A stretch of DNA of 53,661 nt from Octopus sinensis (taxonomy: Eukaryota), in contig NW_021833898.1 of the NCBI RefSeq assembly GCF_006345805.1, positions 1 through 53,661 on the forward strand, given 5' to 3'. Positions 25,191-37,837 of the stretch are shown one piece after another; within the stretch, counting starts at the first letter, position 1, and each line of letters starts with the position of its first letter. The position numbers and the translations under genes are program-made. The notes beneath the pieces were generated by a model. That model had not been told where the DNA came from, searched no databases, and was given only the letters and a program-made list of their open reading frames with translations.

Positions 25191-25639
25191 AAAAAAGGGT
25201 TTATAGCCTTAAGTTGACTCCATTCCAATTGATTTATGTTCACAGGTGTTTCATCCATTTCCAATCAGCCTGATCGTTAGAGATTCTTTCCAAAAAGGAC
25301 TAAATTATCACCTCGTATCATTAACGAAGCTGCAGTCTCGGATAGGGCAATGGTCATGACAGTGCATCTAGATCTAAAGTGTTTTCAGGTGTTCGAACTC
25401 ACAGCTGTCCATTAATCGGACAACGCAGCGAATGGAACCTTTAGGGCTTCTGTGGTGGAAGATTTCTTTCACAAGAGAAACTCTGGTCGTAACCTTTAAT
25501 CAGCCAGCAGGTTGTTTTAGGGGACATTCAACCCGATAACCAGTTTGGTAAGATTGGATGTGAGAAATGCTGGTTGTGAATATCTACAGCAGTTCATGGA
25601 AGTACCATGAGTCAGGTTTAACCGATGGAATTTTTTTTT

Positions 25640-25892
25640 TACTTGTTTTAGGTTTTTGACTGCACCCTTGCTGGAGCACCACTTTAAAGGGTTTTAGTCG
25701 AAGATACCGACCGCCAGGACTTATTTTGGGGGGGAAGGAGGCCAGTCGATTAGATCGACCCCAGAATGCAACATCCAAAAGGATGAAAGGCAAAAGTCAA
25801 CCTCGGCGGATTTTGAACTCAGAACGTAGCGGCAGACGAAATACGGCTACGCATTTCGCCCGGCGTGCTAACCCCTCTGTCACCACACCGCC
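25640..25892 (-). mobile_element. SINE A head and body (25724-25892) adjoining a SINE B tail (25640-25723)
   Basis: GGATGAAAGGCAAAAGTCAACCTCGGCGGATTTTGAACTCAGAACG...; TACTTGTTTTAGG..GCTGGAGCACC..TTTAGTCGAA..CCAGGACTTATT. Confidence 0.75.
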
Positions 25893-27098
25893 TTAATGAT
25901 TTGTAATATTTGAAGCTTACTTCTTTCGGTTGATCCATCGAGCTTCTGCTCGCAATAAAATCAGAATATTAGGTTAGTCCGGCGAAAGAGACAGGAGGAG
26001 GACGCGTTGATTTTCATGACCTTTCCTTCTGCAATACAGCAGAGAATCATTCCTGTTTTTCTTCGGTTTTGTTTTTCTAAACTTCTGCTAACGATGCTTA
26101 TTGTGTCAGAATCCTAAATATAACGATCAATTCTTTCTATGATCAATGAATTAGTCCCCCTCAGATCAATCAGTTATAAACAAAAAGTCAAAAACAACTA
26201 AAGAACGACAAAATAAAAACGACAAATTACATAAAACGGAATAAAACACAGAAAAACACGCCTTGATTCAAATTAGGTGAGTCCTTGTTCCCAACAACCG
26301 ATGAACACGATCGATAGCTATCGAGTCTGCTGCTACATTCCAAGCTGAACTAAATTCAATATTTCGTTATTTTCCTCCGATCTATACACTCCCTATTTAA
26401 TTCCATGCTATTTTCATTATATTTCTACTTTATTTCTGTTTCATTTCTGTTATATTTACTTTTTCCTATTTCAAACTTTAAATTACAAGGTTAAGAATTG
26501 GTGGTGGCGGTCGCAGAGCTCTGAAAGTACAGACAACTACCATTGACTTTATATTTTCTCAATAACACGGAGATTAATAAAAATTACCACTAGAATTTTC
26601 TATAGCACTGCTGATCGCTTTGTCCACTAACAAGGGTGATTATTCAGAAGAAAGCATCGATGGTTTATAGATGGCATGCTTTTATTTAGAGAAAAGATTG
26701 ATTTTTAAAATTCTCTTTGTACATGTCTTCGTTAAAATGTGGGTCACAATTTATTTCTTTTCATAGTTCAGTGAGGTGATTAAAATGACACATCTTTTAA
26801 TAACAGTTTAACACCTCGCAAATAATTCTTGCTCCTTCAGAGAAAATTGATGTTAAGTGATAAATGGCCGAGCCAAGTGAAATGATGTGCGTGTGGCCAT
26901 GTATGAAAAGGTCTTAAGTGCGTGAGTGGCTCTGTGGTAAGAAAATTGCTTACCGACCACATGTTTCTGGGTTCAGTCCTACTGCGTGGCACCTTGGGCA
27001 AGTGTATTCTACTATAGCCTCGGGCCGACCAAAGCCTTGTGAGTGGATTTGGTAGACGGAAACTGAAAGAAGCCCTTTATATATATATATATATATAC

Positions 27099-27131
<33 letters not shown>

Positions 27132-27187
27132 AATGTGTGTGTGTGCGTGTACATAAGTACCCACATACACGCGCATACATATTTGTA

Positions 27188-27640
27188 CGGTAATCATTCG
27201 CCATATCACGGTTCACCTATCATTCCTTCAGTATATCACGGATTTTTCTGGTTAATATATGTATATTTATATCGCGGACTCCTCAGTATATCGCGGGTTT
27301 CTGCCACCAATAGGTATTTATATCTTTTTAGATTTTAAATATTTCTTTGATGAAATAAACATTTTCACGCCTAAAAATTAATAAACTAATTAATAAAAAT
27401 ATAGTACAGTACTGCCCTCTATAACACATTAATTAAAGTACATAAAAAAAAACTTAGTGTTCGGTAGATGAGTAAACAAAGAATCGCACATATTGTATGG
27501 AAAACGAAATACGGGTGGCGAGTCTGTAGTGTTTTTTTGCATTTGTGTGTAAAATTATGAATTTATTTCAAGCCCTACGATGTCGCCCAAACGTTCTGCA
27601 CCTTCTAAGGCTTTCTTCGTTACACAGATGAAAAGGCATC
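27188..27640 (+). mobile_element. Tigger/pogo-like DNA transposon, 5' end fragment
   Basis: TA then CGGTAATCATTCGCCATATCACGG (TIR-like) with repeated ATATC(A/G)CGG subterminal motifs; ATG at 27580 gives MSPKRSAPSKA, like Tigger transposase N-termini, then decays. Confidence 0.55.
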
Positions 27641-27649
27641 GCCAGTAAA

Positions 27650-27870
27650 CTGGTCCTTTGAAATACAGGTACAACAGAAACGGGAAGAAACAGTGTGAGA
27701 AAGTTGTGGTGAAAGAGCACAGCAGGGTTCGCAACCACCCACTGCCGGAGCCTTGTGGAGCTTTTAGGTGTTTTCGTTCAATAAGCACTCACAACGCCCG
27801 GTCTGGGAATCGAAACCGCGATCCTACAACCGCAAGTCCGCTGCCGTAACGACTGGGCCATTGCGTATCC
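27650..27870 (-). mobile_element. SINE family C, 3'-truncated
   Basis: Reverse complement of the family C head and body (ACTGGGCCATTGCG, CCCGGTCTGGGAATCGAAACCGCGATCCTAC, TTTGAAATACAGGTACAAC). Confidence 0.85.
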
Positions 27871-28105
27871 ACACACACAAACATGTATATATGCGCGTGT
27901 GTGTGTATGAGTGTGTGAGTGTCTTTGTGTCCGTGTTTATACCCCACTACCGCTTGACAACCGGTGTTAGTGTGTTTATGTCCCTGTGACCTAGCGGTTC
28001 GGCAAAACAGCAGAGTAAGTGTCAGGCTTTAAGGAAAATAAGTACGGGGGTTCGGCTAAAAATTTTGAAGATGGTACCCCAGCATGCCTCGGTCTAATAA
28101 CTGAC

Positions 28106-28170
<65 letters not shown>

Positions 28171-28175
28171 AGACA

Positions 28176-28587
28176 GCGAGGTGGCAGAAGCGTTAGCACG
28201 CCGGGCGAAATGCGTAGCCGTATTTTGTCTGCCGTTACGTTCTGAGTTCAAATTCCGCCGAGGTCGACTTTGCCTTTCATCCTTTCGGGGTCGATAAATT
28301 AAGTACCAGTTACGCACTATGATCGTTGTAATCCACTTAATCCGTGTGTCTGTCCTTGTTTGTCCTGTCTGTGTTTATCCCCTTGTAGGTAGTAAAGAAA
28401 TAGGTATTTTGTCTGCCGTTACGTTCTGAGTTCAAATTCCGCCGAGGTCGACTTTGCCTTTCATCCTTTCGGGGTCGATAAATTAAGTACCAGTTACGCA
28501 CTGGAGTCGATATAATCGACTTAATCCGTTTGTCTGTCTTTGTTTGTCCCCTCTGTGTGTAGCCCCTTGTGGGCAGTAAAGAAATAA
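28176..28587 (+). mobile_element. SINE family A dimer: one head plus two 184-bp body units (28220-28403, 28404-28587)
   Basis: GTATTTTGTCTGCCGTTACGTTCTGAGTTCAAATTCCGCCGAGGTCGAC... recurs immediately after AGTAAAGAAATAG. Confidence 0.9.
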
Positions 28588-28783
28588 GTAGTAGAAGTAG
28601 TAGGAGCACCACCACCACCACTACTACTACTGCCACTATTAATTGTTCGTATAGTCCTTAGCATAGCAAGGACTATAAAACAGGCGCGAGGTGGTAGTAG
28701 TAGTAATGGCTACGAGATGCTGTTTGATATCCAGCAATCCCATACCGGGACATCAACAGCGAAATGCTGAGTGAAGAACATAG

Positions 28784-28799
28784 TAACAACAATAACAAC

Positions 28800-28879
<80 letters not shown>

Positions 28880-28890
28880 CAACAACAACA
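28784..28890. repeat. (AAC)/(AAT)n array
   Basis: Direct reading. Confidence 0.95.
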
Positions 28891-29736
28891 GCAGCAGCGG
28901 TACAAACATTAACAGTAAAAGTGATTATAATTTTCTTCTGGTATTTGTTGGACAGTTTGTCACTTGTTGATGAGTAAGAGAATAATCAACTCATTGAGCG
29001 ACATTTTCATGTCAGTATTGATTTCTGTCGATGTGACGGACATAAAAGGTAAAAACCTGCTCCCCGTGGTATTTGAACAGAAGATCACAGGCAACGATAT
29101 ATAACGATATAAATATCGCACATAACTCATTCTGCTGCATCGCTGATTGTTGTGTACAAGAAACACCAATAAACAAAAATACAATTTCATTTATGTTTCA
29201 AACGTTTTGACCGAGAAGTAGAATTTCCTTTCTATCAAAAAGCCTCAGATAATTTATTCTCTAAATAATTGAAATTATTTGAATGAGAATTTTTCTTTCT
29301 AAACGTTTCCATGGTTCCATTTGATATTTGTGGCGAGATAACATTAGCAAGAATTATGGTGTTTCGAAATGTGAAATATTTTGAAATATAACAAAAAATT
29401 TATTGGTAATCTCATCGGTTAAGAACTCTTAAAAGAGCTATTTTATCAAATAAAATCAGTCCTTATCTATCGAGAACTCTGTACGAGTTTATATATCATT
29501 TTTGTTTGCCTTAATAACTGCAGGAGCAGACTTCCGCCCCGACATCCGCTCCGACATCCGAAACTCCGAGTTTTATAATAGCAACCGACTAATTGTCACA
29601 TATTATATTATATATATGTATATATATATATATATATACATATATATACATACATATATATATATATACATACATACATACATACATACATACATACATA
29701 CATACATACATACATACATACACACACACGCATGTA

Positions 29737-29845
29737 GGCGCAGGCGAGGCAATGTGGTAAGAACCTGGCTTCCCAACCACATGGTTCCGGGTTCAGTACC
29801 ACTGCGTGGCATCTTGCGCAAGTCTTTTCTACTATAGCCTCGGGT
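29737..29845 (+). mobile_element. SINE family B head
   Basis: GGCGCAGGCGAGGCAATGTGGTAAGAA..CCCAACCACATGGTTCCGGGTTCAGTACCACTGCGTGGCATCTTGCGCAAGTC, following (CATA)n. Confidence 0.85.
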
Positions 29846-29908
29846 TATTGTATATATCTCCACTGATTTGAATACACACACATAGGCACACTCACATACA
29901 CACACACG

Positions 29909-29958
<50 letters not shown>

Positions 29959-30050
29959 TTCATACGCATGCACTTAGATGGTGCATATACATGCATATAG
30001 ACTGTATGCACATATGTATTTACAGACGTTTCAACCATTTAACCGCGGGC

Positions 30051-30175
30051 ACGATTAAATAAGTACTAGTTGCACACTGGGGTCGATATAATCGACTTAA
30101 TCCGTTTGTCTGTCCTTCTTTGTCCCCTCTATGTTTAGCCCCTTGTAGGTAGTAAAGAAACAGGTATTTCGTCCG
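30051..30175 (+). mobile_element. SINE family A, 3' part, ending with the start of a new unit
   Basis: CACTGGGGTCGATATAATCGACTTAATCCG...AGTAAAGAAACAGGTATTTCGTCCG. Confidence 0.8.
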
Positions 30176-30907
30176 TAAGCAAGCTACTTACCACACAGCC
30201 ACTCCTACATAATTTCCAGATAGAAATTTACATGAAACAACGCGCCTCGTTTTTATTATATTACACTGAAAATATCTATTTGTCCTATAATGAATATGGC
30301 TTTACAATAAAATTTGTTCACGTTTGTCATATAGAAATATATTCTTCGAAATTTCGGTTGCTGACAGATCAGGTTAGGAACTCTCATAAATCTTAAAAAG
30401 AAATATCTGTTGCTAGACACCACACTCTCTGATAGGAAAGAGTCTGGGATTTGTTCATACCTAAGGAATTTCATTGTGTCAGTTAAATACGCCATATGTG
30501 ATTAATATATATAGTGTTAAATGGTACAAGAAATAATATTTTTATAATAGATACGTGGGCTTGATTTGTATAGGTGTGTGTGTGTGTGCGTGAGTATGTT
30601 CTTCAGGTTAAGCGGAACATTGTACCAATCAGAATCGTGCAAAACTAAGGAGAGTTGTCTTTAGTGGTACATGTAAATATCAAATGTATTATAAACACAA
30701 GAGTTCGATAGGTAGGTAGGTAGGTAGGTAGGTAGGTAGGTAGGTAGGTAGGTTGGTAAATAGGTAGGTAGTTAGGTAGTTAGGTAGGTAGTTAGGTAGG
30801 TAGGTATGTAGGTAGATAGATAGAGAGAGAGAGAGATGATAGATAGATACACAGACAGATAGATAGATACACATATACATACATACACACATACATATAC
30901 ATACACG

Positions 30908-30939
<32 letters not shown>

Positions 30940-30951
30940 CATACATACATC

Positions 30952-31620
30952 AAAACTTCTGTCAAAGGTAAGCGTAACAAGCTTGATATTGTTATTTGGG
31001 ACAGAGGGGCAAAGGTCTGTACCGTCATAGAGGTTAGCTGCCCTGAAGATATAAATATCTCTTTGAAAATCAAAGAAAAAGAGAATATCTATGGACAACT
31101 GCTACGAAACCTCCAGCTTCTATATCCAGACTATGAATTCATATTCATACCAACAATAATTGGAGCAGTAGGTTCTGTTAGTAAATGCTTAAAGGAGAAT
31201 CTGCATAAACTGAGATTTTCAGAAAGAGAAATCAACCGACTAATTCGTATATCACAAGTGCAATCTGTGAGTGGAACAGTAAAAATGTGCAATACTTTTC
31301 TCAAGTTCCAAATATGAATTTGTCTATTTTAAGTACATCCCAAACATGGAACCTTGTATCTTTGTTGGAAACCGACTCCCTCCTCAGTAGAAGATTTATA
31401 ATTATTAAAAAATGGAAGAGACTACATGCATTTATATGCATGAGAATACATACACAAAACATACAAAACTACACATACATATACATATACATACAAACAA
31501 AAATACCCTGTTGGTGATGTTGAAATTCCAATAAAGGAGCCTTCGATCTAGTTTAGAGACTGGTTCTCTCTATATTGCCAAGAAATCTTGAAATAAACTG
31601 AATAATGACATAAATACATA
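30952..31620 (+). mobile_element. 5'-truncated RLE-type LINE (R4/Dong-like): endonuclease domain plus 3' UTR
   Basis: Open frame 30952-31317: KTSVKGKRNKLDIVIWDRGAKVCTVIEVSCPEDINISLKIKEKENIYGQLLRNLQLLYPDYEFIFIPTIIGAVG...GTVKMCNTFLKFQI*. The PD..E..K restriction-like nuclease pattern is present with PD changed to LD; 3' UTR shared with 20854-21352. Confidence 0.85.
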
Positions 31621-32444
31621 GATATTATTCTGGTCGAGCTAGTTTCTTGGTACTTTGAGTTCTACCAATAGATGTTGAAGATTCTCTGCACCTTCAGAGG
31701 AACTTCACAGAAGGAAGAAAGAAACGTGGCAAAATTAGAATACATTATTGATCTATTATTGATCTCTTCGATGGTACCGAGAGATGTTTTTCCCATAGTT
31801 AACTCTAAACCTTGTGTGTGTATCTGTGTGTGTGAGTGTGTATGTAAGTGGATGTGTGTGTCTGTGTTCGTGTGAGTGTGTTTCTGCGTGTGTGTGAGCG
31901 TGTGAATGTGTATGTGAGTGTGTGTCTGTGTGTGTATATATGTGTGTGTTTTTATGTGTATTGTGTGACTGTGTGTGTTTGTGTGTGTTTGTGTTTATAA
32001 GTGTGTGTGTGTTTGTAAGTGTGTGTGAGTGTGTGTGAGTGTGTGTCTGTGTGTCTTTGAGTGTGTGTGTTTGTATCTGTGTGTGTATCTGTATACATAT
32101 ACATACATATATGTATATATGTACATATATACACATACACAGAGACCTATATCTAAAAGATCAGTGAGCCACGCGTCAAGACACATACACAGAATCTCAT
32201 GCGCGCATTTAAGCATTCACATCCGCACTCTTACACACACACATATATCTATATACATGCCGAGGGAGAGAGCTTTAACTTCTCTTCAAAATCAGCTTTA
32301 TCCACTGCTCCATGGTGTCACATGGCGCGTGTGTGTGTACATGTGCCTGTGTGTATGTGTCTCTGTGTATGTGTGTATCTGTGTCTGTGCATCTAAGCTG
32401 GATATAAGTGTATTCAGGAGTGTCCATCTGGAATTAATCGCATT

Positions 32445-32485
32445 CTGCTCTGATGAAGCGCCCACAAACGGCCGTTGCTGAGCAG
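32445..32485 (+). ncRNA. Degenerate hammerhead-like motif
   Basis: CTGCT-CTGATGA-AGCGCCCAC-AAAC-GGCC-GTT-gctg-AGCAG: core box 1 intact, GAAA altered, palindromic stem III loop, possible stem I CTGCT/AGCAG. Confidence 0.25.
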
Positions 32486-32661
32486 CATTCAACTGTATAA
32501 TAGTCAGGAAGTATATTCTACAATTGTCTTTGAGAAACGTAAAGCTTGCTGCGGTGCAAAAACAAATGTTGTGATCTACCATTAAAGCCGTTTATCCGCC
32601 ATCCTTGTGTTATACCATAGTTACACAGACACACCGACACACATACAGACCCTCACATTAT

Positions 32662-32703
<42 letters not shown>

Positions 32704-32894
32704 GCATGTATGTACATATATAAATGCATGTATGTATATATATATATATATAATATATATTATTTATGTATATATATATATATGGCGGTGCCCCAGCATG
32801 GCCACAGCTCATAAGCTGAAACTAGAATCAATCAATCATACATTTATATGCATTTATATATGTGTATGTGTGATTTTTTGTGTGTGTATGTGTG

Positions 32895-32960
<66 letters not shown>

Positions 32961-32963
<3 letters not shown>

Positions 32964-33082
32964 GACACGCTTCTTCCAGTTTCTGTCTACGAAATCCAAT
33001 CACAAAGTGCCACACAGTGGGATTGAACCCGGAACTATGTGGTTGGTAAGCAAGCTACTTACCACAAAACTACTACTGCGCC
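32961..33082 (-). mobile_element. SINE family B head
   Basis: TTCCAGTTTCTGTCTACGAAATCCA..GTGCCACACAGTGGGATTGAACCCGGAACTATGTGGTTGG..CTGCGCC. Confidence 0.8.
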
Positions 33083-33089
33083 TATATAC

Positions 33090-33143
<54 letters not shown>

Positions 33144-33754
33144 GTATATGTATATATATATATGTATTATATATATGTATATATATATATATGTATGTAT
33201 GTATATATATATATGCATATATATATATATACACACATATATATGTATGCGTGTATTTATTGTGTTTATGTGTGCCTGTGTGCATATACATATCTATTGG
33301 AAGTGGAAGTAGATAAACATGTATATACGTATATATGTACGTATGCATGCATGTGTATATACATACATACGTGTCTCAACACACACGTACACACAGGGAC
33401 AAATATATGCACACTCGAGCGCACATATATCGCTCGCGGACCTATAACCAGAAACTCGAAAACGCTAAATTGGGAAACTGGGAAATTGGAAAATGTAGGT
33501 TGAAGAGTTAAGCTATCTTGCGGTATATATGGTACAGCGTGGAAGGGAAATATCGAACTTTCCAATACATTATACAACTGATATCGATCACCGCATATTT
33601 GTTTTTGTTTTTTGTTTCGTATATTATTTCAGGCTGCTTTTTCTTTCCATTTCTTCTTCGGATTTTCATTAGTCGTAAATTCAGGAATTCTATTAGCGAA
33701 AGGTCATCTGTCAAATTAGATAACAAATATGGGCCTGAAGTAGAAAGGATCATT

Positions 33755-33755
33755 G

Positions 33756-33786
<31 letters not shown>

Positions 33787-33877
33787 ACCCATCATCATCA
33801 CCATCATCATCTTGAACATCATCATCATTATCATCCTCAACATCCTCAACATTATTATCATTATTATTATTATTATT

Positions 33878-33911
<34 letters not shown>

Positions 33912-33948
33912 TATTATTTTTATTATTATATTATTATTATTATTATTA

Positions 33949-33996
<48 letters not shown>

Positions 33997-34123
33997 TATT
34001 ATTATTATTTTTATTATTATTATTATTATTATTATATTATTATTATATTAATTTATTATTATTATTATTATTATTATTATATTATTATTATTATCAGTAT
34101 TATTATTATTATTATTATTATTA

Positions 34124-34166
<43 letters not shown>

Positions 34167-34235
34167 TTATTATTATTATTATTATTATTATTATCAGTAT
34201 TATTATTATTATTATTATCATTATTATTATTATTA

Positions 34236-34285
<50 letters not shown>
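33755..34285. repeat. ~530-bp (TCA)/(TTA)n array
   Basis: Direct reading. Confidence 0.95.
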
Positions 34286-34557
34286 GCTATTTTCTTCGGG
34301 GAGATCGTTTTTTTTTATTTCTCGGTCGTGTGCTATCCTCCACGCATCGATAACGTGCACTATTTCGTTTTGATTTATTTTTGTTCTTGTCTGTTTGGTG
34401 TTTTTTATTTTTTGTATTGAAAATCATTGGATGTAATATATGTGTAGTAAGCAGTTCTGCCATTTTTTTTTAGGTCGTGGGTGTGTGTAATTCCTGGACT
34501 ATTGGTTTTATGCACACACGAACACACACACACACGCACACACACATATATGTATGC

Positions 34558-34613
<56 letters not shown>

Positions 34614-34723
34614 TGTGTGTGTGTGTGTGTTCATATATATGCATACATATATATATATATTAATATGTATATATGTGTGTATATGTATGTAAATGTATAT
34701 ATACGTACATATATATCTATGTG

Positions 34724-34761
<38 letters not shown>

Positions 34762-35127
34762 GCATGCATCTTTTATGAAGCATCTTCAGTGATCCTAGCA
34801 TTGTAGAGATTGAATCTTTCCGATTTGACATACTTTATTGAATGTTTCCACACAGATGTAATTTTCCGAGGCAATTTACGAAAATCACCAGAATTTTGAG
34901 AGAAATTAATAACAAAAAAAAAAAAGAAAAGAAAGTTAACGAACGGTTAACGAATGCAATTTGTCTGTATTTTTAGCCAATCAGATTTATTTATTCTCCG
35001 CATAACGGAAATGCCCTCAATTGTTGAGAAATTAATTGTGACCAGTTGATTAACCCCTTCCCAGCAGATGATCGCAGTTGATATGTCCTTTGTATAGATT
35101 CCCATGGGAACAGATTGAAATGATCGT

Positions 35128-35282
35128 CAGGGTTGTATTAAGGTTCAAAGTTAGGGTTATACTTAGGGTTTAAGGATAGGGTTCAGGAATAGAGTTAGTG
35201 TTAGGTTTGGATTTGGGGTTTAATATTAAGTTTGCGGTTTATTATTAGAGTTAGGTTTAGGAGTAGCGTTAGGGTTCAGGGT
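35128..35282 (+). repeat. Degenerate TTAGGG-like tract
   Basis: Three perfect TTAGGG hexamers (35151, 35163, 35269) among TTAGG/TAGGG/CAGGG variants. Confidence 0.5.
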
Positions 35283-35331
35283 AACAATTACGTTTTGCCG
35301 TCCTTTTCTTTTATTATTTAATGAGAAGAAA

Positions 35332-35612
35332 CGTCGCTTTATGGTTAGGGTATTCGGCTCACGATTTCAAGGTCGTGATTTCGATTACTAGCAGTAAGAT
35401 TCTTTATTATTCGTTTCTTCGCTCAACTGGCAAAATGTGTTGTACATGTGTTTTCAAAGGGCCAGCCTTGTCACATTCTGTATCACGCTGAATCTTCCTG
35501 AGAACTGCGTTAAGGGTACACGTGTCTGTGGAGTGCTCAGTCACTTATACGTTAATTTCACTCGCAGTTATGTCGATTTCGAGTGGAACACTCATTGTCG
35601 CAACTGACGGAG
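35332..35612 (+). mobile_element. SINE family D, diverged
   Basis: TGGTTAGGGTATTCGGCTCACGA head; TTTTCAAAGGGCCAGCCTTGTCAC..GTTAAGGGTACACGTGTCTGTGGAGTGCTCAG tail. Confidence 0.8.
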
Positions 35613-36001
35613 ATCCAGGCCATTCGATAAGCGTTTGCATCTTTCATGATTTTGTTTCATGATCACAAATTGTGATGTTCATAATATCGCATCTCGAAAA
35701 CAAACGATAAAGAACGAGGCTTACCAGAATGAGGTTACACTGTTGGATGCATGATTCTCAGAACGGGACAGAAGCGATCTGATTGGCTAAATTTGCTTTA
35801 CGCAAATTTCAGTCGTGAAAATTTTGTAACTTTTTAATTATTAATTACCCCGCAAAATAATTGATTTTCACAACTGCCATGAAAAAAAAACTAAAAATGT
35901 TCAAAACAATCGAATAAGTGTAAAGATATATTTAAATTTCAACTTGACACCATTCTGATTATTATTATTATTACTATTATTATTTTTATTATTATTATTA
36001 T

Positions 36002-36174
36002 TCTATGTTTGACTTTTGCTTTACATTTGTACAAGTTGGCTCCAAGTTTCACCCAGAGACCTCAAGAGACAAGATGGAAGTTCATGTTGGTGTTATGCCT
36101 AGGGTGCCATATATTTGGTTTTGTACTTAGTGTTGTAATAGTGAATGTCTAAAAAAAACCTACGAAAATTATGT

Positions 36175-36177
<3 letters not shown>
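36002..36177 (-). mobile_element. Short (TTA)n-flanked element, possibly a LINE 3' UTR terminus
   Basis: Unique ~175 bp between two TTA arrays; the minus strand ends GCAAAAGTCAAACATAGAATAATAAT. The LINE identity is from recollection or inference only. Confidence 0.35.
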
Positions 36178-36239
<62 letters not shown>

Positions 36240-36789
36240 ATTGTTATTATTATTATTATTATTTTGTTTTCTTGTTTCGTTTAGATAAATCGGTGCCTGT
36301 TGCTACTGATCATTTGATAAAAGGACACAACTTTTTCTGGTGACCTTCACATCAATATCCGATGGATTAACCTTGACATCCGTGTCCTTATGGATTGGCA
36401 TAGCTAGGTAAGTTTTCTTCATTCTTTCTAACCTTCTCTAATGAATGTTTACAACAACTTTTTTATGTTACCATAGTTACACTGTTTCCACCGTCATATT
36501 TGTAAACAAGTTTTCTTCTTTTGTTAAAAGGGTGCAGACAAACAACCATTTTGGTAATTCCTCCTTTTTAGTCCCTTCGCATTCGATTGTTAATTCATAC
36601 ATTCCTTATTATATCGCTCTCGCTTGTTCCCAGTGGGAATATTTTGGCTGAGTATCTCGATATAATATTTTCAGTGATATGTAACCCAGTCAGTGCTATG
36701 ATTACGCTTTCCCTCCACTGCGCAGTTGTTATCGTTAATAGTTAGTTTTGTAACTCATTCCTGATTCCACAAAGATTAAGGCCAGTGCA

Positions 36790-37740
36790 TGCTACCAGCT
36801 GATTGAACGTTAGGCTGTTGCGAATCAGCTTCAGATCGAGTAACCCGTTGAATGAGGATTGTTACAATGTTACAAGCAAGATGCCTACTCTTATTCAGAA
36901 ATAGTCTTGATACAGATTTCCCTGAAACGCTGAGCAGCGAGGGAGGAGATTTCGATTGCTTGTATTATATAAATTAATGGTAGGCGAGAGTGGAAAGCAC
37001 GGCTTGTGTGGCTTGTGGAAAATGTCTAGTAGAGTATTTATAGAGCAACACAGAAATAAACTACTAAAGACAGTTAATAAAGAAGAGGATATGAAGCGCG
37101 TAGTAAGAGAAAAGGAAAAGAATGAAATACAAAGAGATCGAAGGGAAACCTCTGCATGGCCAATTTTGAAGACCCACTGACGACGTATGTGGAAGAAAAT
37201 CTGGGGCTTGGTTAAAAAAGGAGCTATTAAAAGAAGAAACAGGGAGCCGGGTTGTAGCAGCCCACGCGATAAAAACAAACAACTTGAGAAAAAAAATACA
37301 TGGAGAGAATGTGTCAGAAAAATGTTGAGTCAGTGGAACTTTGAACAGTGGCACAAATTGGAACAGTGGCACTGGAAGAACATAAGAAATGGAGGCACGA
37401 CCAGGTTGTTAAAGTTTTGCATTGGAAACTGTGCCAGAAATGCGGATTCGAAGCTGGAAACACATGGTACAATCATCGAGCCGAAAAAGCACCGAAGTCT
37501 GAGAAATGTAAGATTTTGTGGGACTTTCCTATTTAAAACAGACAATAAGTTAGAAAATAACAGACCAGACATAACGATTATAATTAAGGTATCGACCAGT
37601 CACTCCCGTTTAATTTCAGGATTGTAAAGAAAGAGGAAGAGAAACAAGACAAAAAAGAAACAATCCCTTAAAATTTGAAATAGGAAGAATTTGGAGCATG
37701 CGCACAGTAAAGGTTGTGCCTATAATAAATGGTGCGTCAA
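36790..37740 (+). pseudogene. Decayed R4/Dong-clade LINE, C-terminal half
   Basis: Frameshifted motifs DRVTR..EGG, KPLHGQF..AWLKKELLKEETG, EHKKWRHDQVVKVLHWKLCQKCG..WYNH..KILWDFPI/TDNKLENNRPDITII and VKVVPIING. Confidence 0.85.
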
Positions 37741-37837
37741 GTGGGGGTGGTAAAGAAGAAATGATTGAAGCAGTGAAAATGCGGGAACCTTAAAAGTGAA
37801 CGATCCAACACTGTTTAAGAACCACCAGAGAAAATAG

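Larger units (their letters stand above)
26919..28108 (+). mobile_element. SINE family B apparently split by nested insertions: head 26919-27076, tail ~27905-28108
   Basis: The head carries GGCACCTTGGGCAAGTGT and ends GAAAGAAGCCC plus (TA)(GATA); the tail starts GTGTCCGTGTTTATACCCCACTACCGCTTGACAACCGG. Confidence 0.7.

Noticed and set aside
24848-25264. Poly-His or Gly/Asp-rich ORFs resembling transcription-factor low-complexity regions
   Set aside because: Derived entirely from a GAT/GGT tract; open in several frames on both strands with no flanking domain.
28220-28587. Regularly spaced repeats as a CRISPR-like array
   Set aside because: Eukaryotic context, with long SINE-derived units and no unique spacers or cas genes.
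33508-33740. Minus-strand ORF after a good acceptor (GPYLLSNL...RKIA*)
   Set aside because: No donor or recognisable domain; the ORF start lies in a microsatellite and the sequence is AT-rich low complexity.
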